Made by a program: the position numbers and the translations under genes. From NCBI GenBank assembly GCA_963785305.1, contig CAWAUV010000005.1, positions 288,001 through 352,000 on the forward strand: a DNA stretch of 64,000 nucleotides, written 5' to 3'. Each line of letters begins with the position of its first letter. Positions within the stretch are counted from its first letter, which is position 1. Under the pieces are notes generated by a model. It searched no databases. It saw only the letters and a list, made by a program, of their open reading frames with translations, and had not been told where the DNA came from. The DNA is from an uncultured Planctomycetaceae bacterium (GTDB taxonomy: Bacteria; Planctomycetota; Planctomycetia; Pirellulales; PALSA-1355). Positions 10,215 through 20,567 of this stretch are shown here, piece by piece.

Positions 10215-11759
10215 GCCGTGGCGTGGCCTGGGCGCGGGGGGGCGGTGGCGATATTGGCGGGGATCGCGGGCGAGGAATTTCCGGGGATGGGTCGCGTGGC
10301 GGATGGTTTAACTGCTATTGGTGATCGGCAGCGGCAGGGTCTTGCCTTGCAATTTAGCGCGCACGACTTCGATTCCATACCTTGCGAAGCTCAAACCGTT
10401 TTTCGCGCCGGTCGCGATCACGCTCTTGATTCGGGCGAACGCCGCCGCGCTCCATTCGGTCCGATGCGTGCCGCCATCATTCCTCGCCGCCGCCAGGCTT
10501 CGGATGTCGCGTTCGGTTCCGTTGTTGTCGGCCGGCACGTTCGGGTCGTCGAGAAAGGTGAACAATTCGTCGCAGTGCTTGAACAGCCGGCGCCAGATTC
10601 GCAAACATTCGCGATGCCGCACGCGCGTCTCGAGCATCAAGGTGTCGAAACGGTTTTGAATCTCGTGTCGGGCCGCGTTGAAAGCTTTTTTGCCGAGCGA
10701 CTTGCGCTCGTGGCCCAACCGGATCGCGTCTTGAAACAGCGTGATCAACGGCTGGATGAAGGCCCGCACGCTCGCCGCCGGCAACGTCTCGCGCAGCTTG
10801 TGCAACTCGCGAAGCAAATGGACCAAGCAGCGCTGTTTGCGGCAGTCGAGCCCGTTGTAGACCGCATAAAAATCGCTGACCAGCGTGCCCGCGAACGATG
10901 TGCCCAACGCTCGCTCGAGCACGGCCCGATTGCGATGACGATCGATCAGGAACAATGCCAAGCGCGGGTCTCGAAAACACCAGGCCCACGCGGGCAGTCC
11001 GTCGATCCGCCAACCGGTCTCATCGCCTTGCACGACCGGCGAATTGCGCAAGAGTTCCCAGAGTTTGTCGACCACCGGCTCGAACAAAGCGCCGCCCCAA
11101 CGCAAATGGCCGAGCAATCCGGCCCGGCTGGCCGAAAGACCAAAGAAGTCGTTCAGCAAGTGTTGCGTTTTGCCGAGCGAGATGCCCAGGTGAACCCGCG
11201 CGTAGCAGACCAACAAGCGCGCGCGTGGCCCGATGTGGGCGCCGGGCAGTTCCAAGTCGCCGCGTCCTTGGCAGGTGGCTTGGCAATGTTCACAACGATA
11301 GGTATGACGGCGATACCGATGCCATTCGAGCTTGGGCTCTGGAATCTCCGCCATCTCATGGTCTTCGAACTCGCCGGTGGCGGTCAGATCGCGGCCGCCA
11401 CAGTGCGGACACTCTCGCGGATGCACATCGTGTTCGATGAATACTATGTATTTCGATATGCGATGGGCCGGGCGGCGGCTCTGGACGAAAGCTGCCCGGA
11501 TGTTTGCGAAACTGCTTGCGGCGGCGATCCTGTTCGCCACGCCGCGCATCGGCGGCCGAGCGGGTTTTCTTGCGCCGCTGCAAAAACTTTTGGACTTGCT
11601 GTTCGAGTTGCTCGACGCGCTTGCGCAGCGTTCCGTTCTCCGCCTGCAACCGGGCGATTTCCGCTTCCAACTCGGCGATCCGTCGATCTCGATCATCCAT
11701 GATCCAATCAATGTGACCGAAAACCCAATTTCGGGAAAGAGGAAATGCTTAACAGTTAC
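10204..11759 (-). mobile_element. IS66-family element (single-ORF type), full-length copy, 1556 bp
   Basis: Perfect 13-bp IRs; transposase 10308..11700 with coiled-coil, CPHCGG/CEHC zinc finger, QGDETGW, SDFYAVY, DNNGTER; frameshift near 11450. Confidence 0.93.
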
Positions 11760-11892
11760 GAATTTTCAGTCGGGAATAGTTTTTCCATTTCCGGTCCCGC
11801 TTTATGATATATTTCGCGGCCTTGAATGTATTGCGATTGCTGTTGTTGGCTGCCAGCTAACAGGATCAGCCTCAGTTGGGACATGCAAATAG
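11760..11892 (+). pseudogene. Possible 3' tail of a second toxin C-terminal domain
   Basis: Open frame NFQSGIVFPFPVPLYDIFRGLECIAIAVVGCQLTGSASVGTCK*, whose stop overlaps the RBS of the next gene; low GC. Confidence 0.4.
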
Positions 11893-11903
11893 GAGACATT
11901 AAC

Positions 11904-12584
11904 ATGCTTGCGGTTCGATTATCGCTGCTGTGCCTTGCGATGCTCTCGCCATTATTTCAGCAGATGAATGTTTTCGCTCAAGACGCAGTTGCCTTACCAG
12001 ATCAAGCAACATTGCCTGCCGGAATCGACAAAGCGGATCTTGATCGCGCGATTGCAAAGGAGCCTCTATTAACTAGGTGGCTTACTCGGGAGATCGCATA
12101 TACATTGCCGCTTGAATGGACGTTCAATAATTCGATCGGAGCCGCGTTAGATAGAGCACACTTTATTCCAGACTATTTGCAGTCTCTTGAGCTTTGCCCT
12201 TCAGGAGAAAACTACGAGCTTCAGATTAACATTGCTTATGCGAGCCGCCATTGTCCGAGGTTTAATAAACCAGCTCGCTCTGAAAATGACGAGACTCCGG
12301 CAACGCAGCAGGGAACGTTATACTTAACTAGCAATGACTCATCAAGATTTAAACAACTTGTCGTACGGCACGTTGATGCGATGGCGGAAACCACTCAAAT
12401 CGAGTTGGTAGTTCGCCGGCATGTGAAGAACGAACAGGGCGCCGTCGGTTTGCTTATTTTCGCTGAACGTTATGAGTTCATCCCTGCGAGCGACGATGCA
12501 CCGCATAAATGGTCGCTCATCGGCAAGGGCCATCTTGTTGATTTCCCCATTGTCCCTCCCGAAAACCATATCGGCGGGGAGTGA
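11904..12584 (+). CDS. Exported hypothetical protein, candidate immunity protein
   Basis: AGGAG RBS, signal peptide-like N-terminus (MLAVRLSLLCLAMLS...VFA), low GC, inside the RHS island. Confidence 0.65.
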   Translation: MLAVRLSLLCLAMLSPLFQQMNVFAQDAVALPDQATLPAGIDKADLDRAIAKEPLLTRWLTREIAYTLPLEWTFNNSIGAALDRAHFIPDYLQSLELCPSGENYELQINIAYASRHCPRFNKPARSENDETPATQQGTLYLTSNDSSRFKQLVVRHVDAMAETTQIELVVRRHVKNEQGAVGLLIFAERYEFIPASDDAPHKWSLIGKGHLVDFPIVPPENHIGGE

Positions 12585-12659
12585 AGGTCCCAAGCGGAGT
12601 TGAATTTCAGCGGCCGATCTTGGCGTGAGCCGAGGGTGGCGGGTCGGCGTGGGAAGGAA

Positions 12660-13068
12660 TTCAGCCAGCGGCGGCGCCACGCCGACCGATAACAGCGGTT
12701 CGGGCAACGAGACGCTCACCAGCCGCGAGACGTATTTCGACGAGGCCGGTCGGCCCTACGAGCAGCAGCAAGACGTGTTCATGGCCACGGGCACGAGCGT
12801 GCCCTCGACGCGCGCGATCACGCACACCGGCGGCGGCCTCGCGCACAACAGCACCGGCAACGGTCACACCGCCACGGTCACGATCTCGTCGAGCCCCGGC
12901 CCCTCGAACGCGAGTTATGTGCTCAGCCGCACCGTGTACGATAGCGCGGGCCGCACCGTCGCCACGATGCAAGACTTGCAACCCTCCACTTCAAGCACGG
13001 CGCAAACGGCTTATGCTTTCGATGGCGCCAATCGCCGGATCAGCGAAACCGAACGCGCTTGGCAATAG
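12660..13068 (+). pseudogene. Internal RHS/YD-repeat fragment
   Basis: TYFDEAGRPY, TVYDSAGRTV, YAFDGANRRI repeats; no credible start or core. Confidence 0.75.
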
Positions 13069-13089
13069 CATGCCCTCTTGCGAGGGGAG

Positions 13090-13124
13090 CCCTCACCGTA
13101 CCGTCTCCTAAAGGGAGAGGGGGT
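13090..13124 (+). repeat. REP-like palindrome CCCTCACC...CTCCC-nnnn-GGGAGAGGG
   Basis: Related copies at 26482-26516 and 30680-30711. Confidence 0.65.
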
Positions 13125-13357
13125 CGCGAGCGACTCGGCTCTTAATACGCGAGGGGCGCCGTTTTTCCGGGGCCCGTCGCGGGAACCATAAAGGCAGCGG
13201 TGGTTCCATTGACTCCACGAGGACGCCTGATGCCTGCCGGAAATTTGTAATAATTCCCCCCTGGGCCGAAGGGCGATCGGTGGATAGGCTTTTATAAGAC
13301 CCTCTCACCCCACCGTCCGCACGGAGCGCAACTCGATGGAAGAGATCGTCGTTCGAG

Positions 13358-13750
13358 ATGGACACAATGTGCCGGCTGGGCTGCGCCGATCCGCGGCCGG
13401 GTCTCTATTGTGTCGAGCTGCGGACTTCGAACTGGGAACGCGCCCTTGCCTGGTATCGCGATGGGCTCGGGCTGCGAGTGCTAGTTCGGGTGACCGAAGA
13501 TGGCTACGCGCTGCTCGACGCGGGCGAAAGCCGGCTCGCGATCTTGGCCCGAACAACCGTGGGCGAGCCGACGCGACGGATCAGCCTCGCGTTCGAGGTG
13601 GCCGATGTGCAAGCCGTCTCCGCGCGGCTCACGGCGCTGGGCAGCGCGATCCGCGTGCCGGCGAAACACGCCGAAGACCTGCGAGAAGTGAACACCACCG
13701 ATCCCGACGGCAACCGCATCCGCCTCTTCGCATGGCCGCCGGGCCGCTGA
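13358..13750 (+). CDS. VOC/glyoxalase family protein
   Basis: VELRTSNWERALAWYRDGLGL, LAFEVADV, DPDGNRIRL motifs. Confidence 0.88.
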   Translation: MDTMCRLGCADPRPGLYCVELRTSNWERALAWYRDGLGLRVLVRVTEDGYALLDAGESRLAILARTTVGEPTRRISLAFEVADVQAVSARLTALGSAIRVPAKHAEDLREVNTTDPDGNRIRLFAWPPGR

Positions 13751-14786
13751 GGGGAAAACCGGGGAGAGGCCACGGAAACGCACGGAAGGCCACGGAATGA
13801 AGACAGGGATCGTCCGTGGCCAGAAGCATTCGCTTGCTCACGCTTCCGTGTTTCTTCCGTGTGATTCCGTGGCAAAAATCATGGCCGCCGGGCCGCTGAG
13901 GGGAAAACCGGGGAGAGGCCACGGAAACGCACGGAAGGCCACGGAATGAAGACAGGGATCGTCCGTGGCCAGAAGCATTCGCTTGCTCACGCTTCCGTGT
14001 TTCTTCCGTGTGATTCCGTGGCAAAAATCATGGCCGCCGGGCCGTTGAGGGGAAAATCGGGGAGAGGCCACGGAAACGCACGGAAGGCCACGGAATGAAG
14101 ACAGGGATCGTCCGTGGCCAGAAGCATTCGCTTGCTCACGCTTCCGTGTTTCTTCCGTGTGATTCCGTGGCAAAAATCATGGCCGCCGGGCCGTTGAGGG
14201 GAAAATCGGGGAGAGGCCACGGAAACGCACGGAAGGCCACGGAATGAAGACAGGGATCGTCCGTGGCCAGAAGCATTCGCTTGCTCACGCTTCCGTGTTT
14301 CTTCCGTGTGATTCCGTGGCAAAAATCATGGCCGCCGGGCCGCTGAGGGGAAAACCGGGGAGAGGCCACGGAAACGCACGGAAGGCCACGGAATGAAGAC
14401 AGGGATCGTCCGTGGCCAGAAGCATTCGCTTGCTCACGCTTCCGTGTTTCTTCCGTGTGATTCCGTGGCAAAAATCATGGCCGCCGGGCCGTTGAGGGGA
14501 AAATCGGGGAGAGGCCACGGAAACGCACGGAAGGCCACGGAATGAAGACAAGGCACGAAGGCAAAGAGCGGCCGTGGCCAGAAGCATTCGCTTGCTCATG
14601 CTTCCGTGTTTCTTCCGTGTGATTCCGTGGCAAAAATCATGGCCGCCGGGCCGTTGAGGGGAAAATCGGGGAGAGGCCACGGAAACGCACGGAAGGCCAC
14701 GGAATGAAGACAGGGATCGTCCGTGGCCAGAAGCATTCGCTTGCTCACGCTTCCGTGTTTCTTCCGTGTGATTCCGTGGCAAAATC
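13731..14786. repeat. Tandem array of seven ~149-bp units, each a long imperfect hairpin (REP doublet/BIME-like)
   Basis: Unit starts at 13731, 13880, 14029, 14178, 14327, 14476, 14638; arms 3x CACGGAA and 3x TTCCGTG. Confidence 0.97.
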
Positions 14787-14813
14787 CCTGTTTTTCGCGG
14801 ATAATCCGCGCGT

Positions 14814-16187
14814 TCAGTCCTTGGCTTTGTGCGCCGCCTCGAAGGCTTCATAGCGCTGCTTGACGCCCGGAATCAGCCGCGCGGCGTTGCCATGGTAGAT
14901 TTTCATCAGCACATCGTCGGGCAGTTCGACGCCATAGATTTGCCAGAAGCCTTGCGGCGGAAACTCTTGCTCGGAGTAGGGAAAATACTCGTCGCTGGTT
15001 TCCAGGAATCGCCAATGATAACCCAGCCGGGTCGCATCGCGCGGGCCATCGGTGCCAAATAGCACTCGGTCGGCATGGCGAATCAGGAACTTACGAGCCG
15101 TGCGGGGCTGGCGGCCAAGCTCCGCGATTCGGGCGGCGATGTCGATGTTGAGATTCGGATAGCGATCCAGCCAGTCGGCGACCCGTTCCAGGTCTTCTCC
15201 GCTGCCGGCCACATGGGCGCCGATGAATGTCGTCTTTGGGTGCCGGGCCACGATCTGTTCGAATTGGGCGAGCACTTCCGCGTGCGTCGGATAGCCGGGC
15301 CGATAAAAACTCCAGTCCGGGTGGCGCCGCAGTTCTTCCCAGCGTTCGTTCGTGGCGTCGATCGGTTGGAAAAACGCCGCCGGATCGCCGGTGTGAATGA
15401 GCACCGGCATTCCCAGTTCGCCGCAGGCCGCCCAGATCGGGTCCCAGCGTGGATCGTCGGCTCGAACGAGCGAGCCATCGGGATTGCGATATTCGAGCCC
15501 CAGTGATTTAAAGACTTTGAGCCCGCTGGCGCCGGCCATTTTCGCCGCCGCCAAGGCGATCGCCATGCGATGTCCGAAGTCGGGCCGCTGGCAGTCCCAG
15601 GTGGCCGGTTCGTCGGCGCGGCCTTCGCCTTGCCAGTCGATGTTGGCAAAGATCACGAAGCGCGATTCGTATTTGGTCCAGAGGTGTTGTTTGTGTTCCT
15701 CGAGCTTGGCGCCCAATTGGCCATCGAGGCTCACGCACACGGCGATATTCTGGCGGTCCATGAGCTCGACAAGCTGATCGAGCTGGCGGGCGTCGTCGTG
15801 GCGACGAATACGCGGATGCGTATGCGCATCGACGACCGGAAACTTCGCATGCTCGAGCAGGGTGCGGGGGACCTTGAGCATCGAGCGAGGGCGAAACTGA
15901 TCGAGCGCCAGTTCGCGGCCGTCGCGCCCATCGAGCGGGCCCGGAAAACTGGCCGGTGCGCTCACCGCTGGCGGCGCCGCCGCCGGAGATGCCGCCGCTG
16001 GCGATGCCGCCGCTGGCGATGGAGACGCCGTCGCCGAGGTTTCGGCCGCCAAGGCGACTGCCGGGCGAAATCCCGGCAGGGGGGAACCGAGGAACCATGC
16101 GAACGCGATTAGCAACGCCCAGCGGGGGCGCTGCTGGGCGCCCTCCATGCGAAAACCGGCGCCAAGCGGCACATATCGCTCGAACAT
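14814..16187 (-). CDS. Amidohydrolase family protein (Amidohydro_2-like), probably exported
   Basis: VVDAHTH, VLIHTGD, FIGAH, VLFGTDG motifs; ASPAA linker repeats. Confidence 0.88.
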   Translation of the reverse strand: MFERYVPLGAGFRMEGAQQRPRWALLIAFAWFLGSPLPGFRPAVALAAETSATASPSPAAASPAAASPAAAPPAVSAPASFPGPLDGRDGRELALDQFRPRSMLKVPRTLLEHAKFPVVDAHTHPRIRRHDDARQLDQLVELMDRQNIAVCVSLDGQLGAKLEEHKQHLWTKYESRFVIFANIDWQGEGRADEPATWDCQRPDFGHRMAIALAAAKMAGASGLKVFKSLGLEYRNPDGSLVRADDPRWDPIWAACGELGMPVLIHTGDPAAFFQPIDATNERWEELRRHPDWSFYRPGYPTHAEVLAQFEQIVARHPKTTFIGAHVAGSGEDLERVADWLDRYPNLNIDIAARIAELGRQPRTARKFLIRHADRVLFGTDGPRDATRLGYHWRFLETSDEYFPYSEQEFPPQGFWQIYGVELPDDVLMKIYHGNAARLIPGVKQRYEAFEAAHKAKD

Positions 16188-16333
16188 GAATTTCGATCCC
16201 TTCGCGAAAACGGGCCGCCCGTTGTAAGATAATCGTTGCGGTTTACGGTCGTCGGCGGCTTGGCCGCTCTTCAAAAGACCGATGTCATGGTAACTAGCCG
16301 GATGATCGCGGCAAATGCTCCGCGCGTTTTCTC

Positions 16334-18465
16334 ATGCGAATCGACCAAACCCAACAACAATCCGACGACGACCAGTTGCGCTCCCAGGCGCTGAGCGTCA
16401 AGCGGAGCCAGCCGCCGACGGTGGTGCCCGGCTACGAGCCGCGCCGCTTTTCGGCGCGGGCGCCTATGGCGAAGTGTGGGTCGCGACCGATCGCACCACC
16501 GGGCGCCATGTGGCAATCAAGTTCTATGCCCATCGCGGCGGACTCGATTGGTCGCTACTTTCGCGCGAAGTCGAGAAGCTCGCGTTTCTTTCGGCCGATC
16601 GCTACGTGGTGCAGCTTTTGGATGTCGGTTGGGACGCCGAGCCGCCCTACTATGTCATGGAATATGTCGAGCGAGGCAGCCTCGAAGACCTGCTCCGCCG
16701 CGAAAAGAAACTGCGGCCCGAGACCGCCGCGGCCCTGTTTCGCGATGTTGCCGTGGGCCTGTTGCATGCGCATGGCAAAGGCGTGTTGCACTGCGACCTG
16801 AAGCCGGCCAATGTGCTGCTCGATCAAGACACGAAACCTCGCCTCGCCGACTTCGGCCAGAGCCGGCTCTCGCATGAACAAACGCCCGCGCTCGGCACGC
16901 TCTTTTACATGGCGCCGGAGCAGGCCGACATGAAGGCGGTGCCCGACGTGCGTTGGGATGTCTACGCGCTCGGAGCGCTCTTGTATGCGATGTTGACCGG
17001 GACTCCGCCGTTTCGCGACGCGCGGGCCGTGGCCGAAATCGAAACCGGGCCCGATCTCGATCATCGCTTGGCTCGGTATCGGCGCTTGATCGAACGCGCT
17101 CCGCGGCCGGTGGCGCATCGGCAAGCCGCGGGAGTTGATCGAGCACTAGCCGATATTGTCGATGGATGCCTAGCCGTGGATCGCAATCGCCGCTTCGCCA
17201 ATGTGCAAGCGGTGCTCGACGCGCTCGATGCCCGCGCCCGCCGCCGCGCTCGCCGGCCGCTGGTGCTCTTGGGCGCGGTGGGGCCGGCGCTGGCGCTGCT
17301 GGTGATCTCGTTCGTGGCATGGCGGGGTTTCGAAGCGGTGGTCAAACAGTCCGACGAAACCCTGCGAATCCGGGCCCTGGAAAGCAATCATTTCGCGGCG
17401 CAATATGTCGCCAAGACGGTGACCAACGAGCTCGACCGCCGCTATCGCTCGATCGAGGAAATGGCCGGCAGTTCGCGTTTTCAACAACTGCTCGATCAAA
17501 CGTTGGCCGACGCCGATCTCGCCAGACTTCGGCGCCAGTTGAACGAACCCAAGCTCTCGGAAGAAGATCGCCACACGCTTCGCGAACAGTTCTTGGTGCA
17601 TCCGGCCCGGCAGGCAATCCAATTGCGATTGCTTTCCTTGTTCGACGACGAGACGGAGCCGGCCGTGGCGAGTTGGTTCGTGATGGACCCCGAGGGGTTG
17701 CTCTTGGCCGCGGCGCCCGACACGCAGCGCCGTGGGCCAAAACCTGGCCTGGCGCGGCTACTTCAACGGCGACGGCGATCAGCGCGCTCCGACTGGCGGC
17801 CCGAGCCCGGCGAACATGTGCGCGAGACCACGCTGTCGAGCGTGTTTCGCACCCAGCCGAGCAATCGCTGGTCGGTGGCGATCTCGACTCCGGTGACGAC
17901 CGAGCCGCCCGACGCGAAGTTCATGGGCGTGCTCGCGATGTCGATGGAGGTCGATCGATTCGTCGACCTGCAAGGCGGCGACCGGCAATTCGCGGTCTTG
18001 GTTGATTGGCGCGGGGGAGCGAATCGGGGGGCGATCTTGCAGCATCCGCTCTTCAATAAATTGATCCGCGAACATGGCAAGTTGCCCGATCGGATTCACG
18101 ACTATCGAGTCACGGCCGATCAATTGCCCGACGCGAAGGAACGTCGCGAGAACTATGTCGACCCGGTGGGCGCCGATCGCGAGGGCGAGGAGTTTCGCCG
18201 GAATTGGCTGGCCGAGATGGCGCCGGTTGGCATTCGCAACGGCAACACCGGTTGGGTGGTGATTGTCGAGGAATCGTATCAAGCGGCAATCGGCCGCACA
18301 TTGGCCCGGCTGCAAGATAGCCTGATGCGCAGCGGAGCGCTGGCGGTGCTGCTCATCGCAGCGCTCTCGACGCTGCTGTGGGCGCTGGTGCTGCGGGTGA
18401 TCGATGATCCGGCCAAGAGCCCGCGGGTCGAGGCCTCGCCGCCTCCGGAGCCACCGGCGGCTTAG
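16334..18465 (+). CDS. Ser/Thr protein kinase with TM-flanked Cache-like sensor region (frameshifts ~16450, ~17725, ~17788)
   Basis: GAGAYGEVW, VAIK, HCDLKPANVLL, DFG, GTLFYMAPEQ; two TM helices. Confidence 0.92.
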
Positions 18466-18564
18466 CGGGCGGCGCCGGGAATATCGCGGCTTGCCTCCCG
18501 GCGCTCCCTGTCTCGAATGACGGCCGATCGATCGACGGAATATTTTTCAAGGAGTGCTTTCGGC

Positions 18565-20349
18565 GTGGCAGATCTGATTGCACAAGGCGGAGATTCGCAC
18601 CAGCGCTGGCGGCGCACGCTCCAGCTCGGGCGTTACGTGACCTTGGGTCGCGAACCCTCGGGCTGGGCCGTGGCGTGGGACGATCGCGTCTCGCGCCAAC
18701 ATGCCGAAATCTGTTGGGACGGCAGCCGGCTCGCCGTGGCGCGGCTGGCCACGGGCCGCAATCCGATCTTCGTCAAGGGCAGCCAGTCGGCGCGGTTCGA
18801 GATTCAGCCTGGCGAACATTTCGTGATCGGAGGCACGACCTTCACCTTGGCCGATGAGTTGGCCCGCGCCACGCTCGACGTGCCCCAGCCCGCGCAGCAG
18901 CAGACATTTACATCGCAGTATTTGCAGCAGGCGCCATTTCGCCACGCCGACGCGCATATCGATGTGCTCAGTCGGCTGCCGGAAATGATCTCCGGCGCGT
19001 CGAATGATCCCGAGCTGTATGTGCGGTTGGTCAACTTGCTTTTGGCCGGCGTGTCGCGGGCGGCGGCGGCGGCGCTCGTGGCGGTGAAGCATGAAGACAG
19101 CGAGCGACCGGTGATCGAAGTGTTGCACTGGGACCGGCGGCTCGTCACGGGCGATGATTTTCAGCCCAGCCAGCGATTGATTCTCGAAGCGATCCGCAAG
19201 CGCGACAGCGTGCTGCATGTGTGGGACGCCGGCGAGCTCGAAACCGAATCGGCTTTCACGATGCGCAAGGGCGTCGATTGGGCCTATTGCACGCCGATCG
19301 GCGGCAAGGCTTGCCAGGGCTGGGGAGTGTATGTCTCCGGCCGCTTCGCCGCCGATTCCGTGAGCCCCCACGACTCTTCCGACCCGACGGACCTGCGCGA
19401 CGATCTCAAATTCACCGAGCTCGCCGCGGCGACGCTCCGCTCGCTGCGCGATGTGCGGCTGCTCGAGCGGCAGCGGGCCGGACTGAGCCAATTCTTTTCG
19501 CCGGTCGTGCTCGAAGCGATCGAAGGCGGCGATCCCGAGGAGGTGCTCGCTCCGCGCGAGGCGGAAGTCACGGTGCTGTTTTGCGATCTCCGCGGATTTT
19601 CGCGCCGTAGCGAGCTCGCGGCTGGCGACCTGATGGGGCTGTTGCGGCGCGTGAGCCAGGCGCTGGGTGTCACCACGCGCCGCATTCGCGAACATGGCGG
19701 CGTGGTCGGCGATTTTCATGGCGACGCGGCGATGGGGTTCTGGGGCTGGCCGCTGCCGCAGCCCGACGCGCCGGTGCGCGCGTGTCTGGCGGCGCTGGCG
19801 ATTCGGGCCGAATTCGCCGCCGCCGCCCGCCGCGATGGCGACCCACTCGCCGACTTTCAAATGGGCCTCGGCATCGCCACGGGTCTCGCGGTGGCTGGAA
19901 AGATCGGCACCGCCGATCAGGTGAAGGTCACGGTGTTTGGGCCGGTGGTCAATTTGGCCGCGAGGCTCGAGAGCATGACGAAAACCTTGCACGCGCCGAT
20001 CTTGATCGGCTCGACCACGGCCGCGTATGTCCGCGACAATTTGCCACGGGAAGTAGCCCGGCTTCGCCGCGTGGCGGTCCTTAAGCCCTACGGCATGGAT
20101 AAGGCGGTCGAGGCGGTCGAGCTCCTGCCGCCGGCGAGCGACTATCCGCTTCTCAGCGATCAGAATGTCGACGACTACGAGCGGGCGCTCGACGAACTGC
20201 TGGCCGGCCAATGGACAACCGCCTTCGAGCGGCTGCATCGCGTGCCGGCGGAAGATCGGGTGAAAGACTTTCTCACGGTCTACATCGCCCAGCACAATCG
20301 CACCCCGCCCGAGGGCTGGAACGGCGTGATCTCACTCGGCGGTAAATAA
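18565..20349 (+). CDS. FHA + GAF-like + class III adenylate/guanylate cyclase
   Basis: LGR...VSRQHAEI (FHA); VTVLFCDLRGFS, FHGDAAMGFWG, GPVVNLAARLES (cyclase). Confidence 0.92.
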   Translation: MADLIAQGGDSHQRWRRTLQLGRYVTLGREPSGWAVAWDDRVSRQHAEICWDGSRLAVARLATGRNPIFVKGSQSARFEIQPGEHFVIGGTTFTLADELARATLDVPQPAQQQTFTSQYLQQAPFRHADAHIDVLSRLPEMISGASNDPELYVRLVNLLLAGVSRAAAAALVAVKHEDSERPVIEVLHWDRRLVTGDDFQPSQRLILEAIRKRDSVLHVWDAGELETESAFTMRKGVDWAYCTPIGGKACQGWGVYVSGRFAADSVSPHDSSDPTDLRDDLKFTELAAATLRSLRDVRLLERQRAGLSQFFSPVVLEAIEGGDPEEVLAPREAEVTVLFCDLRGFSRRSELAAGDLMGLLRRVSQALGVTTRRIREHGGVVGDFHGDAAMGFWGWPLPQPDAPVRACLAALAIRAEFAAAARRDGDPLADFQMGLGIATGLAVAGKIGTADQVKVTVFGPVVNLAARLESMTKTLHAPILIGSTTAAYVRDNLPREVARLRRVAVLKPYGMDKAVEAVELLPPASDYPLLSDQNVDDYERALDELLAGQWTTAFERLHRVPAEDRVKDFLTVYIAQHNRTPPEGWNGVISLGGK

Positions 20350-20567
20350 TCGGCTGTTGTCTCGCGCCGCCGGTCAAGCGGCGCCGCGTCCCGAGCTTGG
20401 CTTTTTTACGGCTGGCGACTGCTCGCTGGTAGCGGCGAACCGCCGGGCGTGGTAAAAACGTGGGCGAGCGAGAGCCGGCGTCGGACTCGCGCGTGCTCCG
20501 AATCCATCGACTCGAAATCGTCGAGCCGCCCGGGGAGAAATAGTCTTCTCGGGCCGCCGAACACCAA

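Noticed and set aside
1894..11759. Composite transposon formed by the two inverted IS66 copies
   Set aside because: Outer flanks share no target duplication, and the flanks do not match as expected for an inversion.
13731..14786. CRISPR array
   Set aside because: Units are near-identical along their whole 149 bp with no unique spacers, and no cas genes are present.
13504..14851. Repeated MPRNHTEETRK ORFs as a protein family
   Set aside because: By-product of a 149-bp (non-triplet) DNA repeat cycling through frames.
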